Source of the DNA: a virus
Length of the DNA: 64,000 nt
Strand: one strand, 5' to 3'
Virus record (IMG/VR): IMGVR_UViG_3300045988_177331
Part shown: positions 16,320 to 24,815 of the stretch, piece after piece
Layout: each line of letters begins with the position of its first letter
How positions within the stretch are numbered: position 1 is the first letter of the stretch
The notes under the pieces: generated by a model
What the model was told of the DNA's origin: nothing
What the model saw: only the letters and a program-made list of their open reading frames with translations
The model's database searches: none
Program-made: the position numbers and the translations under genes

Positions 16320-16565
16320 CTAAAACTCTAGAAAAGAATATAAAGAATAAATCCTTATGCCATATAAAATAACCATAACTGAATTCCATAAATCCTTATT
16401 GAATACTTTATTCAAATGGTCAAATACAATTGAAATTAGGTTTAATATTAAAACCATGGAAAGGATTACTACCAATATAATGGATTTCTCATCACCAGCA
16501 AAATATTGCATTAGAAAAAATCCAAAAGAAAATCCAAAGAGTAGATTTATAATATCCTTTGTCAT
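16320..16565 (-). CDS. hypothetical small membrane protein
   Basis: 81 aa with 2-3 hydrophobic helices. Last gene of the minus-strand operon; 4-nt overlap with the upstream gene. Confidence 0.55.
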   Translation of the reverse strand: MTKDIINLLFGFSFGFFLMQYFAGDEKSIILVVILSMVLILNLISIVFDHLNKVFNKDLWNSVMVILYGIRIYSLYSFLEF

Positions 16566-16861
16566 CCTGTTACTTTTATATCAAATAAACCTTCTATTTC
16601 CTCTATGGTAATTCCAAGGTATTCCAATTCCAATCTAAGGATATCAAATTCCTCATCTGTAGTTTCAGATATACTGGTTTCCGATAAATGCCTGAATGTA
16701 ATATAATTATTGAAGGATAGGATATTCCTATTATTATCTACACTTAATAGGACCTTGAAATTAATTGCCATATCAGATGATATAGAATTTATAATTCCAA
16801 TAAATTTACTAAATTTAGCTGTACCTTTGATGGTAACTAAGGTTCCTTTTTCTAATTCCAT
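16562..16861 (-). CDS. hypothetical protein
   Basis: 99 aa, overlapping stop/start with both neighbours. Confidence 0.55.
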   Translation of the reverse strand: MELEKGTLVTIKGTAKFSKFIGIINSISSDMAINFKVLLSVDNNRNILSFNNYITFRHLSETSISETTDEEFDILRLELEYLGITIEEIEGLFDIKVTG

Positions 16862-17082
16862 AATTTATAAACTTTTTTAAAAAATCCACTATCAATTAAT
16901 TCAACTATAATAATTACTATCAATGATGCTGGACTAAGAACTACAAGGAACAACCCCCCTGTTATATGTTTATCTGCCAAACATCCCTTATTATTAAATC
17001 CACAATTAGTACAAGTAATAGACTTTATACATTGATATAAATTATCCTGATAATTAAATATTTCACCTATTTTTAGTTCCAT
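16852..17082 (-). CDS. hypothetical Cys-containing membrane protein
   Basis: 76 aa. CTNCGFNNKGC motif followed by a hydrophobic helix. Confidence 0.5.
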   Translation of the reverse strand: MELKIGEIFNYQDNLYQCIKSITCTNCGFNNKGCLADKHITGGLFLVVLSPASLIVIIIVELIDSGFFKKVYKLWN

Positions 17083-17402
17083 AATTCCAATTGTTTCCTT
17101 TCTCTTTTTTCCTGTAATTCATATACATTTTCATATAAGTCTCTAATCTTCTTAAAGGTAATTTTAATTTTTCTAGAACCTTCTAGTTTTACACTTACTC
17201 TTTCCATATAACCTCTAGTTTCAAAATTACTTCTATACCCCAAAACTGTTGTATGTGAATAACCAAGGTCATTTATTAAATCCATAAAATCAAATTTTTC
17301 ACCTACTGGTATTTGATTAAATCTTTTCCTAAGGATATCAAATTTACTCATAATATTAATTGTTTTATATTGAATATGTCTACTATATCTCAATTTGGTC
17401 AT
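17073..17402 (-). CDS. hypothetical protein, possible winged-helix DNA-binding protein
   Basis: 109 aa. FMDLINDLGYSHTTVLGYRSNFETRGYMER resembles a wHTH. The ATG at 17402 abuts the U tract of the hairpin at 17409-17433, so the internal ATG at 17351 is an alternative start. Confidence 0.45.
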   Translation of the reverse strand: MTKLRYSRHIQYKTINIMSKFDILRKRFNQIPVGEKFDFMDLINDLGYSHTTVLGYRSNFETRGYMERVSVKLEGSRKIKITFKKIRDLYENVYELQEKRERKQLELWN

Positions 17403-17433
17403 AAAAAAATTCCTCTACTTGGAATAGAGGAAT
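17402..17433 (-). terminator. minus-strand hairpin plus T7 tract (intra-operon terminator/attenuator candidate)
   Basis: Arms at 17409-17417 and 17425-17433. The A7 on the + strand gives a T7 after the stem on the minus strand. Confidence 0.55.
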
Positions 17434-17468
17434 TGAATAGTAAAAGAAGGAAGAACCAAATACTTCTT

Positions 17469-17945
17469 TTATCTTAAAATTTCAATATTAATACATTCTA
17501 ATCCCCAAGATTCTTCCGTACTGGGGTCAAAATTACCAGTTGTAGAGATTTGTAAACCACCAAACATAAATTTTTTACCAGTAGAACTTGGAGCAGTAGA
17601 AGTAAGGTATACAGTAGTAAAATTCCTTCGTAAAGCATTAGCATTACTTGGGTCAAAATCAATACTATGTAAATCAACATACTTATTGTCACTTACCATG
17701 ATATTACAATATCTTTCTGAAGTAACAATATTCTGAATAACAGAACATGCAAATAGACGTACCAATGGTGTATTATCACTTCTAGTAACATATATATCAA
17801 ATGCAATATCACTGGGGGTTAATGATTTAGCTGATATACTATTGAATACACCAGTCAAATAAAATGCCATTTCTTTAGTAATAGCAGAAAATTTTACTTC
17901 AAACCCATCTAATTTATCTTTGGGCATAATTGGGATTATTATCAT
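17469..17945 (-). CDS. hypothetical protein (158 aa, beta-rich composition)
   Basis: Longest ORF of the minus-strand block. No motif recognised. Confidence 0.6.
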   Translation of the reverse strand: MIIIPIMPKDKLDGFEVKFSAITKEMAFYLTGVFNSISAKSLTPSDIAFDIYVTRSDNTPLVRLFACSVIQNIVTSERYCNIMVSDNKYVDLHSIDFDPSNANALRRNFTTVYLTSTAPSSTGKKFMFGGLQISTTGNFDPSTEESWGLECINIEILR

Positions 17946-17999
17946 ACTGTTCTATTTTTTAGGTTATTTTTTGGTTCTTCATATCAAAATAGTATATAC

Positions 18000-18034
18000 A
18001 AAAAAACCACCAATATTTTCTCAAACCTTGGTGG
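18000..18034 (-). terminator. minus-strand rho-independent terminator candidate
   Basis: CCACCAA (18007-18013) / TTGGTGG (18028-18034). The A7 at 18000-18006 on the + strand gives a T7 after the stem on the minus strand. Confidence 0.55.
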
Positions 18035-18076
18035 CAAACAGTGAAACATAAATTCAAGAACGAGATAAACATAAAC

Positions 18077-18301
18077 TCATAGATGAGTTTCTTTACTATG
18101 GTTTTTAGAAAGTATTATTACTGTATATAATAGTAAACTAAGAATTAATACTGGGGATATCATAAAAGTAATTACCATTATAAAAAAATGCCTTATATTA
18201 TTCTTTGTACCTTTTACACCTGATTTCCTAACAGTATAATCTATTGCTATGGTTAATATTAACCCAATAAAATATATAATAATTAAAATTTTCATTGCCA
18301 T
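18077..18301 (-). CDS. small multi-pass membrane protein (holin-like architecture)
   Basis: 74 aa, 2-3 hydrophobic helices and a charged C-terminus (KNHSKETHL). Confidence 0.5.
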   Translation of the reverse strand: MAMKILIIIYFIGLILTIAIDYTVRKSGVKGTKNNIRHFFIMVITFMISPVLILSLLLYTVIILSKNHSKETHL

Positions 18302-18305
18302 AACC

Positions 18306-18500
18306 CTATACTGTTGCTAGAAATGAAAGGAATAATCCACCAATAATTAAAGCAATGATTACCAATGGTACAAAAAAGGTTCTAAAATTAGAACATTCTT
18401 CATCTAAACCTTTAAATAAAGCCCAAATACTAAAAAAGCTATCTGTTGTTACTTTGTCAAATTTCCTTAGGATTAAAAAATCCAACATCTTTCTAATCAT
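18306..18500 (-). CDS. small C-terminally anchored membrane protein
   Basis: 64 aa, ends with FFVPLVIIALIIGGLFLSFLATV. Confidence 0.5.
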   Translation of the reverse strand: MIRKMLDFLILRKFDKVTTDSFFSIWALFKGLDEECSNFRTFFVPLVIIALIIGGLFLSFLATV

Positions 18501-18817
18501 AAATATTTTTCCTCCATTTTTCTAAGTTTATTGTACAATTTAACCACTGATTCATTAGGTAATTTCCCTAATCCTTCATTAATTTTACCCAAAATTCTGG
18601 GTATTCTTTCCATGGATAATAAATAATTATATTTATCCTCATCAAATAGTTCAACCTTGAACTTAAAAGTAACAATACTGATAATATTTAGGTTATTATC
18701 TATGGTCATCCCATTATTAAGTTTGTATTTATTACCTTTTAATACAGAATCCACCAAAGCTTTTTCATAATGTGCTGGTCCAGTTACCAATAAAGCATCT
18801 TTTTCTTTAAGTTTCAT
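18497..18817 (-). CDS. hypothetical protein, first gene of the minus-strand operon
   Basis: 106 aa, ATGA-type overlap with the next gene. Confidence 0.55.
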   Translation of the reverse strand: MKLKEKDALLVTGPAHYEKALVDSVLKGNKYKLNNGMTIDNNLNIISIVTFKFKVELFDEDKYNYLLSMERIPRILGKINEGLGKLPNESVVKLYNKLRKMEEKYL

Positions 18818-18864
18818 ATTTTTTGCATTATATAATTAAATTCAATAAGAAGTAGTATTTCGCA

Positions 18865-18872
18865 ATACCTTT
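18865..18872 (+). promoter_or_regulatory. -7 box TACCTTTG upstream of the methyltransferase gene
   Basis: Matches TAnnTTTG, 38 nt before ATG 18910. No -33 TTTG at canonical spacing. Confidence 0.4.
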
Positions 18873-18909
18873 GTTGTATAATATATAATCTCTAAAACTT
18901 ATAAAAATC

Positions 18910-19920
18910 ATGGGTAAATTAAGAGTACTTGGAGTATGTGGAGCTCAAGGAGCTTTATTATTCCCTTTTAAAAAGTATTTAATCAGTAATATTGAACCAA
19001 GAGCAGTATTTCATACAAAAAATGAAGAACAATGGAAATTAAATTTTGGTGAAATACCTTTCAAAAGAGACCTTGAATCATTTAAAGGCCAAGTAGATAT
19101 TATAATTGGTTCCCCTTCTTGTGGTCATTCTAGTGTTTTTAGTTATTCAAGGAAGAAAACCCTTGGTAAACCAAAAGAAGATAAAACTTTGAATCTATTT
19201 TTAACCTCTTTGAGCATGTTTAAACCAAAAATATTCCTAATGGAAAACCTCCCAAAACTTTTTGATTTAATTCCAAGAGAGGAATGGGAAGCAAAATTGC
19301 AAAATTATCACCTAATTGTCCATTGCCATTCAGTATTTGATTTTGGTAATTCACAAAAATCACGAAAAAGATTAATCCTAATTGGTATTAGAAAGGATTC
19401 TAATATAAAAGTATCAAACTTTGAAAATATTTTTCCAGTATCAACTCCAATGTTAGTATCAGAAATTGAAAAACTGATAAGAAAGGACATTAATTTCAAA
19501 GAAAATGATGATAAAAAATTAGCCATGTACCATTATTCTGATAAATCAAAGAAAACCCTAACAGTAAAGGAAGTAAAAAATCTTTGGTTGAGTGAATTTA
19601 AAAAAGAATATAAATGGCCAATGAAAAATACCAAAATGAAAACTCTTCCAGGAGTGTATAGAAATAGAAAAAATAGTTATCCATTAACTGTAAGACCATC
19701 AAATAGGCAATTTAATCCTGATGGGGATATCATGGGCCTAGAAGAATATAGGATTATTATGGGATTCCCAAAAAGGTTCAAGGTATATATGGATACTGAA
19801 AATTTAAATTATTGGCTCAATAAAGGAAGAAATACATTAACAAAAGGCTCAGTTTATGAAGTTGGGGTATGGTTTAAAAAATGCCTGAAAAAACAATTCA
19901 GGAATATGGAAACCCCCTAA
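18910..19920 (+). CDS. DNA (cytosine-5)-methyltransferase-like protein
   Basis: The C5-MTase motifs occur in order: I-like VLGVCGAQGALLF; IV-like GSPSCGHSS (Cys retained, PCQ changed to SCG); VI ENLP; VIII QKSRKRLILIG; IX-like EEYRIIMGFPKRF; X-like TKGSVYEVG. Confidence 0.7.
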   Translation: MGKLRVLGVCGAQGALLFPFKKYLISNIEPRAVFHTKNEEQWKLNFGEIPFKRDLESFKGQVDIIIGSPSCGHSSVFSYSRKKTLGKPKEDKTLNLFLTSLSMFKPKIFLMENLPKLFDLIPREEWEAKLQNYHLIVHCHSVFDFGNSQKSRKRLILIGIRKDSNIKVSNFENIFPVSTPMLVSEIEKLIRKDINFKENDDKKLAMYHYSDKSKKTLTVKEVKNLWLSEFKKEYKWPMKNTKMKTLPGVYRNRKNSYPLTVRPSNRQFNPDGDIMGLEEYRIIMGFPKRFKVYMDTENLNYWLNKGRNTLTKGSVYEVGVWFKKCLKKQFRNMETP

Positions 19921-20032
19921 CGCGTACGTATGCGCTTATTATTAATTAAATAAATATATAGATAGATATTATATATCTATCTATATATTACGTATATGCG
20001 CTATTATAAGGTTACGTGTACACGTGTACGTA
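19920..20032. repeat. dense cluster of CpG-containing palindromes and inverted repeats
   Basis: ACGCGT 19920, CGTACG 19923, TACGTA 19925/19989/20027, TTAATTAA 19942. 16-bp IR AATATATAGATAGATA/TATCTATCTATATATT at 19953-19989. Overlapping 12-bp palindromes ACGTGTACACGT (20014) and GTACACGTGTAC (20018). Confidence 0.9.
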
Positions 20033-20148
20033 ATATATTTATACCCTCTAAAAGGGTAAATAAATATATTTTACTCTTTTTAGAGGAGGGAATAAATCAA
20101 AAAGAATAAGGGGGAACTATTGGTTATAAATCCCAAAAATTTTATGTT

Positions 20149-20814
20149 ATGAAAATCCTATGGTCAATTTTGAAAATCCTAATCCCAATTGTTTTATGTT
20201 TTTTGATTGGTTATTACCTTGGTTCATTGAAACATAAATCTGATTCAAAACCCAACAATCAAAAACCAGATACAGTTTATATTGATAAGCCTTTTGTTCC
20301 AGAGGAACCATTTGATGAACCAAAAGAACCAGAAGTTATTTATGTTCATACTTTGGATACGATAGAAATTTTAAATATCATTTACCATAATGATACAATA
20401 AAACTATTATATCCTGATTCAAGTTTTATTTCAGTATCACCTCAGTTTCTTTCTCAATTCCCAAATTCAAGTAAGCTAATTCAATTTCTTCTAACTGATA
20501 CTGATTTAAAACTTGGATTATTAAACACAGATGGAAAGCTCTTTGAAAAGGTTTATTCAATTGATACTGATAAATATTCATACAATTATTTTGAGGATAA
20601 TATGACTCAAAAAAGAAAATCCTTCATAAAAAGATTTTCACCATTAACTGAACTTCAATGGAGACCATTCAACAATTTATGGGATTTGAATTTAGGTTTA
20701 AAATACAATACCAGTAAATTTAATTATGAACTTGGGTTAAATCTATTTTACTACCCAAGGATTAAAACAAATCCTGGAACAGATTTATACTTCAAATTAA
20801 GTTATCAATTCTAA
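20149..20814 (+). CDS. hypothetical membrane protein with outer-membrane beta-barrel-like C-terminus
   Basis: 221 aa. N-terminal hydrophobic helix. The C-terminus has alternating hydrophobic residues and ends …DLYFKLSYQF (terminal Phe signature). Confidence 0.55.
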   Translation: MKILWSILKILIPIVLCFLIGYYLGSLKHKSDSKPNNQKPDTVYIDKPFVPEEPFDEPKEPEVIYVHTLDTIEILNIIYHNDTIKLLYPDSSFISVSPQFLSQFPNSSKLIQFLLTDTDLKLGLLNTDGKLFEKVYSIDTDKYSYNYFEDNMTQKRKSFIKRFSPLTELQWRPFNNLWDLNLGLKYNTSKFNYELGLNLFYYPRIKTNPGTDLYFKLSYQF

Positions 20815-20816
20815 CT

Positions 20817-23327
20817 ATGGCAAGGATATTAAAAGAAGATAAAAGCTTAAACCAGGAACAGCTAAGAATTTTATCTAGAGTATCAAAAGATGTATTTTTA
20901 TTCTCTACATTTGTTTGGGTAGTTAACCCAGTACTGGGTATGGTAAAATTTAATTTATACCCATACCAAAAATCAGTTCTTTATCAATTCCTAAAACATA
21001 GGTTCAATATAATCCTAAAATTCAGACAAGCTGGAATTACAGAATTGATTGCTATGTACTGTTTATGGTTAGCTATGTATCACCCAAACAAAAAAATAAA
21101 CATCATATCAATCAAGGATACTATAGCAAAGAAGGTACTTAAGAAAATTAAGTTCATGTATAAGAATTTACCTTGGTACCTTCAAACACCAATCATAAAT
21201 GGTAGGGTGGGGGAATTTGGTAGTACAACTACCATGGAATTCTCAAATGGTTCAATTATAGAATCAATTCCTACTTCTGAACAAGCTGGTCGTTCAGAAT
21301 CTCTATCTTTACTTGTTATAGATGAAGCTGCTGCAGTAAGATGGGCTAACCAAATTTGGGCAGCAGCTTTCCCTACCCTTTCTACTGGTGGTTCAGCAAT
21401 CATTAATAGCTGTGTAACCGGTGATACTGAAATAGTTACTAAGAACGGGCTGCTTAGGATAGATACAGTTTGTCCTAAAGAGTTTGGAGTAGCAGATATC
21501 TCTGCTCTTAATTTAGAGGTATTAACTCACAACCTACAGTGGAAAAAGGTTAAAGCTTCAGTTAACAAGGGTAAACTACCTACCTGGGAAATAAAAACCA
21601 CTAAAGGTACAATACTCAAATGTACTCCTGCTCATAAGCTTCTTACTACTTATGGTTGGAAACCTGTTAAGGAGATAGTAGAAAAGGATCTGAACGTCAT
21701 TGAATATGACTTAGGCTTAGATTCTTTAAGAAAACTGCCAGTTACTAAACCCCCTAAGAAGGAAGAGTTAAAACAAATCAAAGGTTATCCCAACTATTAC
21801 ATAAGTAATCTAGGAAAGGTTTACATCAAGAAAGGTGATCAACTGATCATTAAAGAAGGTAGACCTAATAAACAGGGTTATTTACGTATAAAGCTATGGA
21901 ATCACAACAAAAATAAGAACTTCTCTATTCATAGGCTGGTAGTAGAACACTTTATAGGTAAAATACCAAACGGTTATGTAGTTGATCACCTCAATGGTAA
22001 TAAAAGTAATAACTATGTAACTAACCTAGAAATAGTTTCTGTAGCCGAGAATACCAGAAGAGCTTCTGTTTCTAACTACTCTATGTCTATTGGCTCTAGG
22101 ATCCTTAAAGAAGGAACTAGAATACCTCTAGAAGTAGTTGGAATAGTTAAGGAAATATATCCAAAAGTTAAACATAAGAAATACAGTGGTTCTAATGGTA
22201 ATGGTTATCAGAAAGCTATAGTTGATGAAGTAAGGAAAAGAACTGGTTTTGAACTTGATACTAAGCAAATTTACAAAATTATAGCTGGTACCAGGAATCA
22301 AGGTTTAACCTTATCTAAGGTAGAAGTTCTTAGGAAGTTTGAGGCTGAAATTTTTGATATTTCAGTTGAGGATGACCAATCTTATTTCGTAAACCCTAGT
22401 CTCCCATCACATAACACCCCTTTGGGAGTTGGTGGATTTTATCATTCAAGTTGGGTAGATGCTATATCTGGTGGTAATCCAATGAATCCAATCAGATTAT
22501 ATTGGCAAATGCACCCAGATAGAGATGATAAATGGTACCAAGAAATGGCATCTGCACTTGGACCAAGAAGAACTGCCCAAGAAATAGATGGTGACTTTTT
22601 ATCTTCAGGTAATACAGTATTTGATATGTCTGATATCAAAGGTATTGAAGAAATGTTATCTGAATATCCTCCAATATTAACAAAAATGGGTGGTCAATAT
22701 AGAGAATTCAATGAAGTAGACCCAGATAAGGAATATTTCATTGGTGCAGACTGTTCAACTGGTAGAGCAACTGACTACTCTTCTTTCACGTGTATGGATA
22801 AATTTGGGGAAGAACAGGTTATATACAAAGGAAGGTTACCTCTAGATAGATATGCAAAGTTACTTGGTGATACTGGAATGAAATTTAATAATGCACTTCT
22901 AGCACCAGAAACAAATGATATAGGGGCAGCTGTTACTGCAATGCTTCAAGCTGAAGGTTATCCAAATCTTTATTACTATACTAAAATTCTTAAAAAGAAG
23001 GGTAAAAGTAGACCAGAAGAAGAAAAAATTCCTGGTTGGTTAACAACCACTAAAAATAGAACAGTTATAATAGAGGGTCTGGAAGAGGATATTAGAAAAG
23101 AAAATATAATCATAAAGGACCCATTCTTTATACAAGAAGCCTATACCTTTATATATGATGCAACAGGAAGACCAGTTGCAAGAGGTAAACATAGAACCTC
23201 ATCTAGTTCAGCTTCTGATATAGATATGGATGACCAAACTTATTCAGATGATGATATATTTGGTAAAGCTATAACCAACCATATAAGGAAGTCAAATCAA
23301 TACAATGGATATGTATTACCCCAATAA
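20817..23327 (+). CDS. terL: terminase large subunit, interrupted by an intein
   Basis: Deviant Walker A KFRQAGIT, Walker B LSLLVIDEAA, coupling motif split as …GGSAIINS / TPLGVGGFYH, nuclease-type IGADCSTGRATDYSSF. Sits upstream of the portal. Confidence 0.9.
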   Translation: MARILKEDKSLNQEQLRILSRVSKDVFLFSTFVWVVNPVLGMVKFNLYPYQKSVLYQFLKHRFNIILKFRQAGITELIAMYCLWLAMYHPNKKINIISIKDTIAKKVLKKIKFMYKNLPWYLQTPIINGRVGEFGSTTTMEFSNGSIIESIPTSEQAGRSESLSLLVIDEAAAVRWANQIWAAAFPTLSTGGSAIINSCVTGDTEIVTKNGLLRIDTVCPKEFGVADISALNLEVLTHNLQWKKVKASVNKGKLPTWEIKTTKGTILKCTPAHKLLTTYGWKPVKEIVEKDLNVIEYDLGLDSLRKLPVTKPPKKEELKQIKGYPNYYISNLGKVYIKKGDQLIIKEGRPNKQGYLRIKLWNHNKNKNFSIHRLVVEHFIGKIPNGYVVDHLNGNKSNNYVTNLEIVSVAENTRRASVSNYSMSIGSRILKEGTRIPLEVVGIVKEIYPKVKHKKYSGSNGNGYQKAIVDEVRKRTGFELDTKQIYKIIAGTRNQGLTLSKVEVLRKFEAEIFDISVEDDQSYFVNPSLPSHNTPLGVGGFYHSSWVDAISGGNPMNPIRLYWQMHPDRDDKWYQEMASALGPRRTAQEIDGDFLSSGNTVFDMSDIKGIEEMLSEYPPILTKMGGQYREFNEVDPDKEYFIGADCSTGRATDYSSFTCMDKFGEEQVIYKGRLPLDRYAKLLGDTGMKFNNALLAPETNDIGAAVTAMLQAEGYPNLYYYTKILKKKGKSRPEEEKIPGWLTTTKNRTVIIEGLEEDIRKENIIIKDPFFIQEAYTFIYDATGRPVARGKHRTSSSSASDIDMDDQTYSDDDIFGKAITNHIRKSNQYNGYVLPQ
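21411..22415 (+). mobile_element. intein (335 aa) carrying an HNH homing-endonuclease module, in frame inside terL
   Basis: Begins CVTGDTEIVT (block A). TxxH block LKCTPAHKLLT. NUMOD4-like YPNYYISNLGKVY plus HNH-type HRLVVEHF…VDHLNGNKSNNYVTNLE. Ends …VNPSLPSHN followed by Thr+1. Confidence 0.85.
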
Positions 23328-23336
23328 TAAAAATCT

Positions 23337-24803
23337 ATGAATTTATTTGCATGGTTTAGAAAAAAACCAGTACCACAACAATTGGTAAACCAAGATAGAA
23401 AAGATGATTCATCAATACCCCCTGGTAGAGTATCAGTTCCTAATGAACCATCATTTAATAATCTAATAAGTGTAATGGGAGTTAAAGATTTGGTATTACC
23501 AAGTTTCAGAACTGAAATAATTCCACTTATAAGAGATTTATATAAAGTTAATCCAGATGTTAGTATAGCTTTACAAGATATGTTTAAGTTATCTAATACT
23601 GGTCATACTATATCATTCCCAAATAATACCCCAGAAGAAGCAGAAAAAATGAGTTCACATTTAAAACAAGCAAGTAAGAGGTGGACTAATTATACTGCTG
23701 GTATTGATGGTTTAGTAAATAAATTTATGGTACAATGTTTAATAGGTGGTGCAATATCCATTGAAGCAGTACCAGATAATAAACTAAATGGGATATCAAC
23801 CATAGTATTTGTAAACCCAGAATCAATTATATTCAGGAGAATGGGTAATGGGGTATATCACCCATATCAAAAAAATCCATATTCCCCACAAAATCAAAAA
23901 CCAGATTATATAAAACTTAATACTGAAACTTATTTATATGTTGGTATGTATAATGATACTGATGAACCTTATGGGGTACCACCTTTTATGGCTGCATTAG
24001 ATTCATTAAAGGGTCAACATGAAATGAGAGTCAATTTTAAGAATATAATGGAAGTAATGGGTATGGTTGGTTTCTTGGAAGCTAAAATGCAAAAACCTCA
24101 AAGATTACCATCAGAAAGTATAGAAAAATATCAGGATAGGTTAATTGGTTTATTAAAACAACTAAAAGTGAACCTAATGAATGGTATGAAAGATGGTATA
24201 GTAACTGGGTTCATTGAAGACCATGAATTTAAATTAAATTCAACTACCCAAAACTTACAAAATCTAGATAAACCTTGGACCATGAATCAACAATCTGTTG
24301 CAAATGGTTTAGGGGTTAGTGGTAATTTAATCGGAGTTACTTCAAATACTACTGAGGGTGGTGCTGGTATTTTATTATCAAAGATTATCTCCCAGTTAAA
24401 AAATTTACAAACCCTTACTTCTTTTGTATTAGAATTTATTTATTCTCTAGAATTACGTCTAGCTGGTCTTCCAAATAAGGGTATTAAAGTTACATTTGGA
24501 ACTACCACAATATCTGATGAAGTAAAAGTTCAACAAGGGTTAGAATATAAAATTAGAAATTTAACCTCTCTATATAATCAAGGAATAATTGGGCAAGAAA
24601 AATTTGCTTGGGAAATGGGTTATGATAAACCCGACCAAAAAGAACCAAGAATTAAACCAGAAGAATCCAACCAAGTATCATCACCAGGTGATAATGCAAA
24701 GAAACAAAAAAGGGAGGCAGATAAAGATACCTCGGATAGAAAAACAAGGGATAAAAATAATCCAAATCCTAAAAGGGCTGACCAAGATACAAGAAAACGA
24801 TAA
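23337..24803 (+). CDS. portal protein (by position and size)
   Basis: 488 aa immediately after terL. Charged, disordered C-terminal tail. Confidence 0.6.
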   Translation: MNLFAWFRKKPVPQQLVNQDRKDDSSIPPGRVSVPNEPSFNNLISVMGVKDLVLPSFRTEIIPLIRDLYKVNPDVSIALQDMFKLSNTGHTISFPNNTPEEAEKMSSHLKQASKRWTNYTAGIDGLVNKFMVQCLIGGAISIEAVPDNKLNGISTIVFVNPESIIFRRMGNGVYHPYQKNPYSPQNQKPDYIKLNTETYLYVGMYNDTDEPYGVPPFMAALDSLKGQHEMRVNFKNIMEVMGMVGFLEAKMQKPQRLPSESIEKYQDRLIGLLKQLKVNLMNGMKDGIVTGFIEDHEFKLNSTTQNLQNLDKPWTMNQQSVANGLGVSGNLIGVTSNTTEGGAGILLSKIISQLKNLQTLTSFVLEFIYSLELRLAGLPNKGIKVTFGTTTISDEVKVQQGLEYKIRNLTSLYNQGIIGQEKFAWEMGYDKPDQKEPRIKPEESNQVSSPGDNAKKQKREADKDTSDRKTRDKNNPNPKRADQDTRKR

Positions 24804-24815
24804 ATAATAAATATT

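Noticed and set aside
24589-24807. + strand 72-aa ORF overlapping the portal gene 3' end in another frame
   Set aside because: It is fully nested in the portal C-terminal coding region, and its Lys/Asn-rich translation derives from the A-rich sequence. There is no independent start context.
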